A stretch of DNA of 64,000 nucleotides, from assembly GCA_016000265.1 (NCBI GenBank), contig JAECRL010000013.1, positions 7,387 to 71,386 on the forward strand, read 5' to 3'. The stretch is from Burkholderiales bacterium. Lineage in GTDB: Bacteria; Pseudomonadota; Gammaproteobacteria; Burkholderiales; Burkholderiaceae_C. Numbering within the stretch: position 1 is the first letter of the stretch; the number at the start of each line of letters is the position of its first letter. The notes under the pieces were generated by a model, which was given only the letters and a program-made list of their open reading frames with translations, did no database searches and was not told the DNA's origin. The position numbers and the translations under genes were made by a program. Positions 52,856-63,528 of the stretch are shown piece after piece.

Positions 52856-54712
52856 TTAGGCCTGGGGCTTCCAGATCTGGCCGATCGACACGCTCTTGAG
52901 CTTCTTCTGGCGGCCATACCAGAGGTTGACCAGGCCGCGCGAGAAGAACACCGCCGAGAACATCGACGTCAGGATGCCCAGGCAGTGCACCACCGCGAAG
53001 CCGCGCACCGGGCCCGAGCCGAAGGCCAGCAGCGACAGGCCGGCGATCAAGGTCGTGACGTTGGAGTCCAGGATGGTGGACCAGGCATGCTCGTAGCCGG
53101 CGTGGATGGCCGACTGCGGCGAGATGCCGCTGCGCAACTCCTCGCGCACGCGCTCGTTGATCAGCACGTTGGAGTCGATGGCCATGCCCAGCGTCAAGGC
53201 GATGGCCGCGATGCCCGGCAGCGTCAGCGTGGCCTGCAGCATGGACAGCACCGCCACCAGCAGCAGCAGGTTGACCGACAACGCGATGGTCGAGAACACG
53301 CCGAACAGCAGGTAGTAGGCCATCATGAAGAGGCCCACGGCCGCGAAGCCGTACACCAGGGAGTTGAAGCCCTGGGTGATGTTCTCGGCGCCCAGGCTGG
53401 GGCCCACGGTGCGCTCTTCGATGATCTCCATGGGCGCCGCCAGGCTGCCGGCGCGCAGCAGCAGCGCGGTGTCGGCGGCCTCTTCGGTGCTCATGCGCCC
53501 GGAGATCTGCACGCGACCGCCGCCGATCTCGCCGCGGATGACCGGCGCCGTCACGACCTCGCCCTTGCCCTTCTCGAACAGGATGATGGCCATGCGCTTG
53601 CCCACGTTCTCGCGGGTGACGTCCTTGAAGATGCGCGCACCACGGGCGTCCAGCGTCAGGTGCACGGCGGCTTCCTGGTTCTCGTCGAAGCCGGTTTGCG
53701 CGTCGGTCAGGTTGTCGCCGGTCAGCACCACCTGGCGCTTGACGATGACGGGCACGCCGCCACGCTCCAGGTAACGCTCGGAGCCGAACGGCACCATGCC
53801 ACCGGCCAGCGCGGCCTGGGCTTCGGTGCTCTCGTCGACCATGCGCACCTCCAGGGTGGCGGTGCGGCCGATGATGTCCTTGGCCTTGGCCGTGTCCTGC
53901 ACACCGGGCAGCTGCACCACGATGCGGTCCAGGCCCTGCTGCTGGATCACGGGCTCGGCCACGCCGAGTTCGTTGATCCGGTTGTGCAGGGTGGTGATGT
54001 TCTGCTTGAGTGCCTGCTCCTGGATGGCGCGCTCCGAGGTCGGCTTGAGGGTGCCCACCAGGGTCACGTCACCGGATTCGTCGGCGCCGTCCACCCAGGC
54101 CAGGTCGGGCAGGCTCTCGGTCAGCAGCGGGCGCGCGGCGGTGCGGGCGGCCGCGTCGCGAAAGCGCACGGAGACGGACTTGTCATCGCGGCGGATGCCG
54201 CTGTGGCGGATGTCCTTGTCGCGCAGCAGGGTGCGGATGTCGCCCGACAGGCTTTCGGCCTTTTGCGTCAGCGCCGCCTTCATGTCGACCTGCATCAGGA
54301 AGTGCACGCCGCCGCGCAGGTCCAGGCCCAGGTACATGGGCTGGGCGTGCAGGCTGCGCAGCCAGTGCGGCGAGCGCGAGACCAGGTTGAGCGCCACGAT
54401 GTAGCGCGGGTCGGCCGCATCGGGGTTGTAGGCGCGGGCGATGGCGTCACGCGCCTTGATCTGCGTGTCGGTGTCCTTGAAGCGCGCGCGCACCGAGGTG
54501 CCGTCCAGCTCGGTGAAGTCGGCCTGAAGACCGGCCTCCTTGAGCACGGTCTCGACGCGGGCGACGTCGTCCGTCGACAGCTTGACCGTGGCCTTGCCGC
54601 TGGAGAGCTGCACCGCCGGTGCCTCCCCGAAGAAATTGGGCAGGGTGTAGACCGTGCCGATGAGCAGGGCCACGGCGATGATCAGGTACTTCCACCAGGG
54701 ATAGCGGTTCAT
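52856..54712 (-). CDS. secD: Protein translocase subunit SecD
   Basis: LGLDLRGGVHFLM, RINELGVAEP, VGPSLG, GMAIDSNVLINERVREE. Confidence 0.97.
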   Translation of the reverse strand: MNRYPWWKYLIIAVALLIGTVYTLPNFFGEAPAVQLSSGKATVKLSTDDVARVETVLKEAGLQADFTELDGTSVRARFKDTDTQIKARDAIARAYNPDAADPRYIVALNLVSRSPHWLRSLHAQPMYLGLDLRGGVHFLMQVDMKAALTQKAESLSGDIRTLLRDKDIRHSGIRRDDKSVSVRFRDAAARTAARPLLTESLPDLAWVDGADESGDVTLVGTLKPTSERAIQEQALKQNITTLHNRINELGVAEPVIQQQGLDRIVVQLPGVQDTAKAKDIIGRTATLEVRMVDESTEAQAALAGGMVPFGSERYLERGGVPVIVKRQVVLTGDNLTDAQTGFDENQEAAVHLTLDARGARIFKDVTRENVGKRMAIILFEKGKGEVVTAPVIRGEIGGGRVQISGRMSTEEAADTALLLRAGSLAAPMEIIEERTVGPSLGAENITQGFNSLVYGFAAVGLFMMAYYLLFGVFSTIALSVNLLLLVAVLSMLQATLTLPGIAAIALTLGMAIDSNVLINERVREELRSGISPQSAIHAGYEHAWSTILDSNVTTLIAGLSLLAFGSGPVRGFAVVHCLGILTSMFSAVFFSRGLVNLWYGRQKKLKSVSIGQIWKPQA

Positions 54713-54775
54713 GCGGTCCTCGACTGCGCGTGCGCGGCGGCGGCCGACGCGCGGCCCCGCCAGCTCGGCGAATGC

Positions 54776-55102
54776 TTACTTGTTGTAGGTGCCCTTGGGC
54801 AGCACCTGGATGATGGCGACGCGCTGGATCTGCAGCTCCACGCCATTGGCCACCTCGACGTTGACGAAGGTGTCGCCCAGCTTGCTGATCTTGCCGACCA
54901 GGCCGCCTTGCGTGACCACCTCGTCGCCCTTGGACAGGGCGTCGAGCATGGCCTTGGTTTCCTTTTGCCGCTTCATCTGCGGGCGGATCATCACGAAGTA
55001 CAGGACGACGAACATCAGCACCAGGGGCAGCATGCTCATCAGGCCACCGGAGGCGCTGGCGGCGGGGGCCGCGGCTTGGGCGTAGGCTTCGGAAATCAAC
55101 AC
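54776..55102 (-). CDS. yajC: Preprotein translocase subunit YajC
   Basis: LISEAYAQ, YFVMIRPQMKRQKE, GDEVVTQGGLVG; GTG start after AAGGA. Confidence 0.95.
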   Translation of the reverse strand: MLISEAYAQAAAPAASASGGLMSMLPLVLMFVVLYFVMIRPQMKRQKETKAMLDALSKGDEVVTQGGLVGKISKLGDTFVNVEVANGVELQIQRVAIIQVLPKGTYNK

Positions 55103-55235
55103 GGTCAGGGTCCTTCTCGAACAAAGGGCCGAGGCGCCTGCCCATCCTGCGACATGCAGAACGGCGGGCACGCCGGCCAGAGTGGGTCAGATTGTATGCG
55201 GGCGCCGTGACGGCGCCGTCAACGCGAGGCCCGCG

Positions 55236-55532
55236 TCAAAGCACGTACTTGGCCAGGGGCAGGCTGGTCAGGGCGCGGTAGATGTTGTCAAGCTGCTCGC
55301 GGCTGGTGGCCGTGACCGTGACGGTCAGGCCCAGGTAGGTGCCGCTGCTGCTCGGGCGGCGCTGGATCGTGTCCGCGTCGAAGCCGGGGTCGTGCTGAAC
55401 GACCACGGCGACGACCGACGCCACGAAGGCCTCGGAGTGCGTGCCCATGACCTTGATGGGAAAGGGGCTCGGGTACTCGATGAGCGACCGCTCGGGCGGG
55501 ATGGTCGGGTTGACCGGTTGGTGCGAACTCAT
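55236..55532 (-). CDS. ybeD: DUF493/YbeD family protein
   Basis: LIEYPSPFPIKVMG, RPSSSGTYLGLTVTV, REQLDNIYRAL. Confidence 0.9.
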   Translation of the reverse strand: MSSHQPVNPTIPPERSLIEYPSPFPIKVMGTHSEAFVASVVAVVVQHDPGFDADTIQRRPSSSGTYLGLTVTVTATSREQLDNIYRALTSLPLAKYVL

Positions 55533-55551
55533 GGCAGGCTCCGGTCGTGGC

Positions 55552-56784
55552 TCACTGGATGCCCAGGCGCAGCGCGTCCCAGGCGCGACCCAGCCAGCCG
55601 GCGCTGGGCACCTCGTCGAGCGACTGCAGCGGCAGCGACTGCCACGGCTGGCCCGACAGGGTCACCTGAATGCGGCCCACGGCCTGCCCCTTGCTCAAGG
55701 GGGCGAGCAGCGGGTCATTGCGCGTCACCGAGGTCTTCACGGCGGCGGCCTGGCCGCGCGGCACCACCACCACGATGGGCTGGGTGCGGCCCAGGCGAGC
55801 GGTGCTGGCCTGGCCCTTCCAGACGGGGGCGGTGGTCACGGGCTGGTTGGCGTCGAAGAGCTTGACGACGTCGAAGGCGCTGTGGCCCCAGTTGAGCAGC
55901 TTCTGGCTCTCGTTGGCGCGGGCCTCGGGGGAGGCCGTGCCCACCACCACGCTCAGCAAGCGGCGCTCGCCCCCCGAGGTCGGGCGACGCGAGGTGGCGA
56001 TGAGGCAGTAACCGGCGGCGTCGGTGTAGCCGGTCTTGAGGCCGTCGACGGTCGGGTCGCGAAACAGCAGCAGGTTGCGGTTGCCCTGCTTGATGCCGTT
56101 GAAGGTGAAGTCCTTCATGGAGTAGTACGGCAGCGAGTTGGGGAAGTCCAGGATCAGGCGCGTGGCGATGATCGACAGCTCGCGTGCCGTGCTCACGTGG
56201 CCCGGGGCGGTCAGGCCTTCGGGGTTGGCGAACTTCGTGGCCTTCAGGCCGAAGGCCTGGGCCTGGCGGTTCATCATCTCGACGAACACCTCGACGGTGC
56301 CGCCCACGCCTTCGGCCAGGGCCACGGTGGCGTCGTTGCCGCTCTGCACGATCATGCCCTTGATGAGGTCATCGACCTTCACGCGGCTGTTGACGTTGAT
56401 GAAGGAGCGCGACGCGCCCGTCATGCCGGTGCGCCAGGCGCGCTCCGAGACGGGCAGCTCCTGGGCCAGCGAGAGCTTGCCGCTTTGCAGGGCCTGGAAG
56501 ACCAGGTAGGCGGTCATCAGCTTGGTCAGCGACGCGGGCTCGACCGGCTGGTCGGCGTTGCGCCCGGCCAGGGTCTGGCGGCTGGAGAGGTCTTGCAGGA
56601 TGAAGGCGCGTGCGGCCACCTCGGGCGGCTGGGGCATGGCCGTGGTCGGCTCGGCGAACAGCGAAGCCGGCGAGGCCGCGGCCTGCGCCTGGGCGCCCGA
56701 GACGGGCAGCAAGGCCACGCTCAGGGCGGCCAGGGAGGAGAAGGTCGCGCTCAGCAGGAGGCGACGGGAGGGGGAAGCAGTCAT
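55552..56784 (-). CDS. D-alanyl-D-alanine carboxypeptidase (PBP5/6, DacA family)
   Basis: PASLTK (SxxK), QSGND (SxN), GLKTG (KTG). Confidence 0.93.
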   Translation of the reverse strand: MTASPSRRLLLSATFSSLAALSVALLPVSGAQAQAAASPASLFAEPTTAMPQPPEVAARAFILQDLSSRQTLAGRNADQPVEPASLTKLMTAYLVFQALQSGKLSLAQELPVSERAWRTGMTGASRSFINVNSRVKVDDLIKGMIVQSGNDATVALAEGVGGTVEVFVEMMNRQAQAFGLKATKFANPEGLTAPGHVSTARELSIIATRLILDFPNSLPYYSMKDFTFNGIKQGNRNLLLFRDPTVDGLKTGYTDAAGYCLIATSRRPTSGGERRLLSVVVGTASPEARANESQKLLNWGHSAFDVVKLFDANQPVTTAPVWKGQASTARLGRTQPIVVVVPRGQAAAVKTSVTRNDPLLAPLSKGQAVGRIQVTLSGQPWQSLPLQSLDEVPSAGWLGRAWDALRLGIQ

Positions 56785-56860
56785 GCCGTCAATATGGGGT
56801 CAAGGAGGGGGAAACACAAGGCGGGGCGCTCGACCAGGCGGGGCGCTCGCCGCCGACTCG

Positions 56861-57553
56861 TCAGGGCGCGGCAGAAACCGCCGACGCCACCGCGCGGGAG
56901 GCGGCCTCGGCGCGCAGGTGCCGCGAGACGACCTCGCGCAGCACGCCGAGCTGGCCGTGGAAGAAATGGCCGGCCCCGGGCACCACCGTCACCGGCAGCT
57001 GCTGCGGGCGGGCCCAGTCGAGGATGCTGGCCAGGGGCACGACGTCGTCTTGCTCGCCTTGCACCACCAGGGTGTGGGCAGGCACGGCCGGCACGTCGAA
57101 GTTCGAGGTCGCGGGGCTCACGAGCACCAGCGTGGCGGGCGCGCGCACGGCGGGCTGGTCGGCCGCGGCCTGCGTCAGGCGCGCCGCGGCCTGGGCCGCC
57201 ACGTGCCCGCCAAACGAAAACCCGGCCAGGGCGAGCGGGTGGGCGGCCAGGGCGGGGTCGCTCAGGTGGTGCGCCACCACCGCGAGCATGTCGGCGGTCT
57301 CGCCGCGGCCTTCGTCCCAGGCGGATTCGGAGCGACCGACGCCGCGGAAATTGAAACGCACGGCTCGCCAGCCAGCCAGCACGAAGGCGCGCACCAGGGT
57401 GTGGACCACCTTGTTGTCCATCGTGCCGCCCTTGAGCGGGTGCGGGTGGGCGATGACGGCCAGGCCACGCGGGGCGCCAACGGGGTCTTCAACAACCACC
57501 TCCAGCTCACCGGCCGGGCCGTCGATGGTCAGGGATGCGGGGCGCCCGAGCAT
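56861..57553 (-). CDS. Alpha/beta superfamily hydrolase
   Basis: HPHPLKGGTMDNKVV, RFNFRGVG, AGFSFG, GAGHFFHG. Confidence 0.9.
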   Translation of the reverse strand: MLGRPASLTIDGPAGELEVVVEDPVGAPRGLAVIAHPHPLKGGTMDNKVVHTLVRAFVLAGWRAVRFNFRGVGRSESAWDEGRGETADMLAVVAHHLSDPALAAHPLALAGFSFGGHVAAQAAARLTQAAADQPAVRAPATLVLVSPATSNFDVPAVPAHTLVVQGEQDDVVPLASILDWARPQQLPVTVVPGAGHFFHGQLGVLREVVSRHLRAEAASRAVASAVSAAP

Positions 57554-57879
57554 CAGCGGCCGACGTCGTCGGGCAGCACCAGGCGCTCGACCACCTCGCC
57601 GCCCAGCAGGTGGCGATCGACGATTTCGTCGATGTCGCTGGCGTCGACGAAGGTGTACCAGGTGCCCTCGGGGTAGACCACCGCCACCGGCCCGCCGGCG
57701 CAGCGATCGAGGCAGCCGGCCTTGTTGACGCGGACCTGCCCTTTGCCGTTGCGCCCGGCTGCGGCCACGCGGGCCTTGCAGTGGTCGAAGCCGGCTTTGG
57801 CGCCGTGGTCGGCGCAGCTGGACTCGCCGTTCACGCGCTGGTTGAGGCAGAAGAAGATGTGGCGCTCGTAGTAACCCAT
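57553..57879 (-). CDS. Thioredoxin-like [2Fe-2S] ferredoxin
   Basis: HIFFCLNQR...SC...VNKAGCLDRCAGGPVAVVYPEGTWY. Confidence 0.9.
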   Translation of the reverse strand: MGYYERHIFFCLNQRVNGESSCADHGAKAGFDHCKARVAAAGRNGKGQVRVNKAGCLDRCAGGPVAVVYPEGTWYTFVDASDIDEIVDRHLLGGEVVERLVLPDDVGR

Positions 57880-57889
57880 GCGAGTCATT

Positions 57890-59047
57890 CTAGTGGTTGG
57901 CGCCTGGCGAGGCGGGCGCGGGGCCTTCGCGAACCAGCAGCCGCGTCGCCAGCCAGACCAGGGCCACGTAGGGCCACAGGATGCCGAACCAGCGCGACAG
58001 GCCGTGGAAGCGGATGAAGCGACCGTGCTCCCAGGCCTGCAGGGTCTGGGCGTAGTACGGGTCGGGCGGCGCCAGGTGCACCAGCACCACCAGGCCCAGC
58101 AACACGGCCACGCCCACGCCCGCGCAGGCGGTGCGACTGAGGTTGACCAGCAAGGACGCGGAGGCCGCCCCCAGCAGCAGCCCCGCCGAGGCCGGCAGGG
58201 TCACCCAGCTGAAGGCGTGACGCGGGCCGAAATTGAGCGCCGACGACAGCGCCGTCACGCCGATGCCGGCCAGCACCAGCAGGGTCAGCAGCACGATGCG
58301 CAGGGTGCGCGGGCGCGCGAGCGCGCAGGCCACGCACAGCGGCGCCAGCAGGCCGAGCGCCACGGTGAGCGCCTCGACGCCCCCGACCCACGGGCCGCTG
58401 ACGAGCGAAAGCGGGGTGGAGGCCCACATCTGCAAGGGGTCGTCGGGCAGGAGCCAGCGCTGCAGGGCCGTGTCGCGGGTGAGGTCCACCAGGACGACGC
58501 GCAAGTGCGGCAGCGCCTGCCCCTCGGCCAGCGGCAGCGGCGGGGGGAACAACAGGCCCACGGGCCACAGGCTCAGCAGGGCGAGGCCGTGCCCGGCCTG
58601 CGGGATGAACCAGCGCTGGCGCAGCCGGTGCCAGGCCTCCACCACCCCCAAGGCATGCAGGGTGATGGCCGCGAGCACGCCCCAGGCCGCCCCCAGGGTG
58701 TTGAGCACCCAGTCAGACAGGGATGGCACCCGCCCCGGCAAGGTGAACTGCAGCAACTCCAGGCTGTAGGACAGCCCCGAGGCGATGAGCAGGGTGCGAA
58801 ACGCCGCCGACGGCGCGCCGTGGTGAGAGCGCAACCAGGCCAGGCAAAGCACCAGCCCGAAGGGCAGGTAGCCCAGCAGGTTGGCGGTGACGTCGTCCAT
58901 GACCTCGCTGGGCTGCTTGGGCAGCAGCCAGCCGAAGACCTGGGTGTCGGGCCAGTGCCAGCCCGTCAGCGGGTGCAGGGTGGCGTAAGCGATCAGCAAG
59001 CCCGCGGCCCAGGACAGCGGCCAGGCGGAGCTGCGGTGCAGCGACAT
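57890..59047 (-). CDS. VanZ family membrane protein
   Basis: ANLLGYLPFG, SLELLQFTLPGRVPSLSDWVLNTLG. Confidence 0.85.
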   Translation of the reverse strand: MSLHRSSAWPLSWAAGLLIAYATLHPLTGWHWPDTQVFGWLLPKQPSEVMDDVTANLLGYLPFGLVLCLAWLRSHHGAPSAAFRTLLIASGLSYSLELLQFTLPGRVPSLSDWVLNTLGAAWGVLAAITLHALGVVEAWHRLRQRWFIPQAGHGLALLSLWPVGLLFPPPLPLAEGQALPHLRVVLVDLTRDTALQRWLLPDDPLQMWASTPLSLVSGPWVGGVEALTVALGLLAPLCVACALARPRTLRIVLLTLLVLAGIGVTALSSALNFGPRHAFSWVTLPASAGLLLGAASASLLVNLSRTACAGVGVAVLLGLVVLVHLAPPDPYYAQTLQAWEHGRFIRFHGLSRWFGILWPYVALVWLATRLLVREGPAPASPGANH

Positions 59048-59055
59048 GCTGGACC

Positions 59056-59505
59056 TCAGCCGACGGCGGGCTTGAGCACCACGAGGAAGGTGATGGCCGC
59101 GAACAGCACGACCGAGCCCTCGTTGAAGACGCGGAACCACTGGTGGCTGCGCCGGTTTTTCAGCGCCTCGAAGTCACGCAGCAGGCGGCGGCAGACGTGG
59201 TGGTAGCCGATGGCGCCCAGCACGAGCGTGAGTTTGATGTGCAACCAGATCTGGCCCGGCCCCTTGCCGATGCCGAAATGCAGCCACAGCAGCAGGCCGA
59301 GGGCCAGCGCCGGGATCATCAACAGCGTGGCAAAGCGGTAGAGTTTGCGCGCCATGAGGAGCAGGCGCTCGCGCTCGGCGTGGCTGTCGGACGGCACGGT
59401 GGCCAGGTTGACGAACAGACGCGGCAGGTAGAACAAACCGGCGAACCAGCTCGCCACGAAGATGATGTGCAGGGCCTTGACCCAGCCGTAGGCATTGGCG
59501 CTCAT
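59056..59505 (-). CDS. hemJ: Protoporphyrinogen oxidase HemJ (CopD family)
   Basis: WVKALHIIFVASWFAGLFYLPRLFV, WLHIKLTLV, FRVFNE. Confidence 0.88.
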   Translation of the reverse strand: MSANAYGWVKALHIIFVASWFAGLFYLPRLFVNLATVPSDSHAERERLLLMARKLYRFATLLMIPALALGLLLWLHFGIGKGPGQIWLHIKLTLVLGAIGYHHVCRRLLRDFEALKNRRSHQWFRVFNEGSVVLFAAITFLVVLKPAVG

Positions 59506-59564
59506 GCGGTGATTATGGCCATGCTCTGCCTCCCGATTGCTGCCGTGCACAACAAAAGAAACGG

Positions 59565-59680
59565 GCAAAAAAGAGCCCCGGCACGAGCCGGGGCTGTGAA
59601 GCCTTAACGCTGTCATCACGGTAAGGCACCTGCTCAGGGAGGAAAAGCAGGGAATGAGGCCTTGCGGCGTATCATTCACC
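59565..59680 (-). ncRNA. Small RNA divergent from hemB (anti-hemB motif-like)
   Basis: Minus-strand TATAAT (59685-59690), internal hairpin CCTGCT/AGCAGG with TTTCCTCCCTG loop, intrinsic terminator; position matches the Burkholderiales anti-hemB RNA motif. Confidence 0.7.
59567..59595 (-). terminator. Rho-independent terminator of the sRNA
   Basis: AGCCCCGGC/GCCGGGGCT 9-bp stem, then CTTTTTT on the minus strand. Confidence 0.85.
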
Positions 59681-59691
59681 GACGATTATAG

Positions 59692-60813
<1,122 letters not shown>

Positions 60814-60827
60814 AGCCGGGTCACCGC

Positions 60828-62075
60828 GTGCGACTCTTCCTCATCCACGACCAGTTCACCGAGCTCAGCGAGTGGCCGGCGAGCCTGCCGGCCCAGGGCT
60901 TCCTGTGGGTCACGACCAGCCGACGGGTCTTCGAGGTCAAGCAGCCCGACATCCAGCAGCACCTGCAGCGCCTGGCCGGCGGCAGCCTGATGGACCTGCA
61001 CGTCACCGACCTGCTCAACCCGCAACTGCCCTCGCAGTACGACTACACCTCGTGGTACGACATCCTGGTGTTTCGCCGCCTGGCGGCGGGCCAGCGCACC
61101 GAGCGGCTCTTCCTGGATGAGGCGCACGGCACGGCGTCGTCGGCGCGCCAGGCGCTGGCCGCCATCGACACCAGCCCGGTGGGCTTCGCGGTGTTCGACC
61201 GCGTGCTGCTGACGGTGCACCCGGCCGACTGCTCGGTGCGCGATTTCTTCGAGGCGCGCCTGAGCCAGATGATCCCGCACGCGGGGCGCGCCACCGAAGC
61301 GCCGCCCGTGGCGGCCCCGGATCTGGCCGCGGCCGTGCCGGTGGACCTGCCCGCCGACCTGGCCTCGGCCACGGCGCCACCCGAGCCGATCGGGGGCGCC
61401 ACCGACCCGGTCGCACCGCGCTTTCACGAAACACGGGGCAGCACCTCGCGCCTGCCGCCCAGCCCGGCCGACCTGATGCTGCGCATCGTCAACCACATGG
61501 TCGACAGCTACCTGGACCTGCGCCGCCTGCTGACGCGCCAGTTCGCCTACCTGCAGCAGGAGCTGCTGAGCAACCGCAACCAGTTCAAGCACTGGCAGGC
61601 GCTGCTGGAGGCGCGCAACACGCTGCACATGCTGGAAGACACCTGCGAGGACCAACGCAGCGCCGTGCAGGAGTGGATCGATGCGCTCGACGAGTGGCCC
61701 GTGCCGGCCGAGTCGCAGGCCGCGCGGGAGCGCGAGGTGCTGCGCGTGCGCTCGCGCGACGTGCACGAGCACATCGAGCGGGTGCTGGCCCATGTGCGAC
61801 GCCTGGAGAGCTCGGCCGAAAGCGCCGTGCAGATCCACTTCTCGGCGCAAGGCAGCCGCACCAACGACATCATGCGCACGCTGACGGTGCTGACGGCCAT
61901 CTTCCTGCCGCTGAACCTGATCACCGGCCTGTTCGGCATGAACTTCGACGCCATGCCGCTGATCCACGCCAGTGGTGGCTTCTGGATCGCCTTCGGTCTG
62001 ATGATCGGCGTGGCGGTGGGCCTGGTGTGGTGGTTCCGCCGCCGGCGCTACCTGGGCGACCCGCCGCGGGACTGA
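60828..62075 (+). CDS. CorA family Mg2+/divalent cation transporter
   Basis: NDIMRTLTVLTAIFLPLNLITGLFGMNF (GMN motif), two C-terminal TMs. Confidence 0.9.
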   Translation: MRLFLIHDQFTELSEWPASLPAQGFLWVTTSRRVFEVKQPDIQQHLQRLAGGSLMDLHVTDLLNPQLPSQYDYTSWYDILVFRRLAAGQRTERLFLDEAHGTASSARQALAAIDTSPVGFAVFDRVLLTVHPADCSVRDFFEARLSQMIPHAGRATEAPPVAAPDLAAAVPVDLPADLASATAPPEPIGGATDPVAPRFHETRGSTSRLPPSPADLMLRIVNHMVDSYLDLRRLLTRQFAYLQQELLSNRNQFKHWQALLEARNTLHMLEDTCEDQRSAVQEWIDALDEWPVPAESQAAREREVLRVRSRDVHEHIERVLAHVRRLESSAESAVQIHFSAQGSRTNDIMRTLTVLTAIFLPLNLITGLFGMNFDAMPLIHASGGFWIAFGLMIGVAVGLVWWFRRRRYLGDPPRD

Positions 62076-62920
62076 AGCCGCGATTGCAGCTCGCGCGCCA
62101 GGCACAGGTCGTCCCAGGCCAGGGCCTTGTCGGCCGGGTTGCGCAGCAGGTAAGCCGGGTGGTAGGTGACGACGACGGGGACGCCGGCCAACTCGTGCAC
62201 GCGCCCACGCAGCTTGCCGATGGGCTCGCTGGTCTTGAGCAGGGACTGCACGGCGAACCGGCCCATGGCCAGGATGAGGTCCGGCTGGACCAGCGCGACC
62301 TGACGCAGCAAGAAGGGCTCGCACTGCGCGACCTCCTGCGGCTGCGGGTTGCGGTTGGCGGGCGGGCGGCACTTGAGCACGTTGGCGATGTAGACCTGGT
62401 GGCCCTCGGGCGCCTCGCCGCGGCTGAGGTCGAGCGCCGCGAGCATGCGGTCGAGCAGCTGGCCGGCGCGCCCGACGAAGGGCTCGCCTTCGCGGTCTTC
62501 CTGCTCGCCCGGGGCTTCGCCCACGATCATCCAGCGCGCCTTCTTGTGGCCCACGCCGAACACCGCCTGGCGCCGCCCCTGGCACAGGCCGCAGGCCTGG
62601 CAACCCGCGACGGCCTGCTCCAGCTCGGGCCAGTCCAGGGCGTCGACGCCAGCGGGGCGGGGGCCGAGTTCGATGGCGGGGGCCCGCTCGGTTGGGCGCT
62701 CGGTTGGGCGCTCGGTCGGTCGGTCGGGCGGGCGGGCGACGGGGCGAGCGGGCGGGGTGGCCGGCTCGGGGAGCGGCTCGGGGAGCGGCTCGCTGGCGGG
62801 CTCGGCGCTCTCGGGCACCGGCACCGGCACCGGCGCAGGCTCGGCCTGGCGCGCCACCGGCCAGAACGGGGGCACGCCCATCTCGCGCAGCATCGCCAGC
62901 TGGCGCTCACCCCAGCTCAT
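62048..62920 (-). CDS. Family 4 uracil-DNA glycosylase with Pro-rich N-terminal linker
   Basis: CQACGLC, VGEAPGEQED, LKCRPP, YHPAYLLR. Confidence 0.93.
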   Translation of the reverse strand: MSWGERQLAMLREMGVPPFWPVARQAEPAPVPVPVPESAEPASEPLPEPLPEPATPPARPVARPPDRPTERPTERPTERAPAIELGPRPAGVDALDWPELEQAVAGCQACGLCQGRRQAVFGVGHKKARWMIVGEAPGEQEDREGEPFVGRAGQLLDRMLAALDLSRGEAPEGHQVYIANVLKCRPPANRNPQPQEVAQCEPFLLRQVALVQPDLILAMGRFAVQSLLKTSEPIGKLRGRVHELAGVPVVVTYHPAYLLRNPADKALAWDDLCLARELQSRLQSRGGSPR

Positions 62921-63467
62921 CGCGGGCCTCCGGCAGGGGGATGCTCAGGCGCATGACCAGCGCGTCCTCGCGGCCTTGTTCGGCCGGGTAGTAGTTGCGG
63001 CGCACGCCGATGTCGACGAAACCTTCGCGCTGGTACAGGGCGCGGGCGGGGGCGTTGCTGGGCCGCACCTCCAGCCAGAGGGCCGCGGCGCGCTGGACAC
63101 GACAGCGCTCGGTCAGCTCGGCGAGCAAGGCCCGGGCCACGCCCCGACCCTGGTGCGCGCGGGCCACGGCGATGTTGAGCAGGTGAACCTCGTCGACGCC
63201 ATCCATGGCCACGCACACGGCCCCCACGCGGGCCGAGGCGGGGTCGATGAGCACGCGGCACCAGTAGCCCGCGCGCAAGGACGAGCGGTAGTTCTCCGGC
63301 GTCCAGGCGTGCACGGGGTGCAGGCAGGCGTCGCGCTCCATGTCGACGACGGCGGCGATGTCGGCGTCCTGCAAGGGGCGCACGACCCAGCCCTGCAACC
63401 CGTGCGCCCCGCGCAGATCACGCAGATCGGCGTCCGGGCAGGGGGAGGGCGTCGTGGTCACGGGCAT
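62907..63467 (-). CDS. rimI: Ribosomal protein S18 alanine N-acetyltransferase
   Basis: HLLNIAVARAHQGRGVA, WLEVRPSN, RRNYYP; follows tsaB. Confidence 0.9.
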   Translation of the reverse strand: MPVTTTPSPCPDADLRDLRGAHGLQGWVVRPLQDADIAAVVDMERDACLHPVHAWTPENYRSSLRAGYWCRVLIDPASARVGAVCVAMDGVDEVHLLNIAVARAHQGRGVARALLAELTERCRVQRAAALWLEVRPSNAPARALYQREGFVDIGVRRNYYPAEQGREDALVMRLSIPLPEARDELG

Positions 63468-63528
63468 GGGCGGGGTGAGGAGGACAGAGTGAGAGGGGCG
63501 GAGGATCGGAGGGGGCGCACGAGGGCGA

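Noticed and set aside
37407-55210. Very long opposite-strand ORFs (e.g. 37407-41510 +, 51833-55210 +, 15435-17978 -, 33250-35412 -)
   Set aside because: Shadow ORFs antisense to well-supported genes; expected at this GC content; no recognisable motifs
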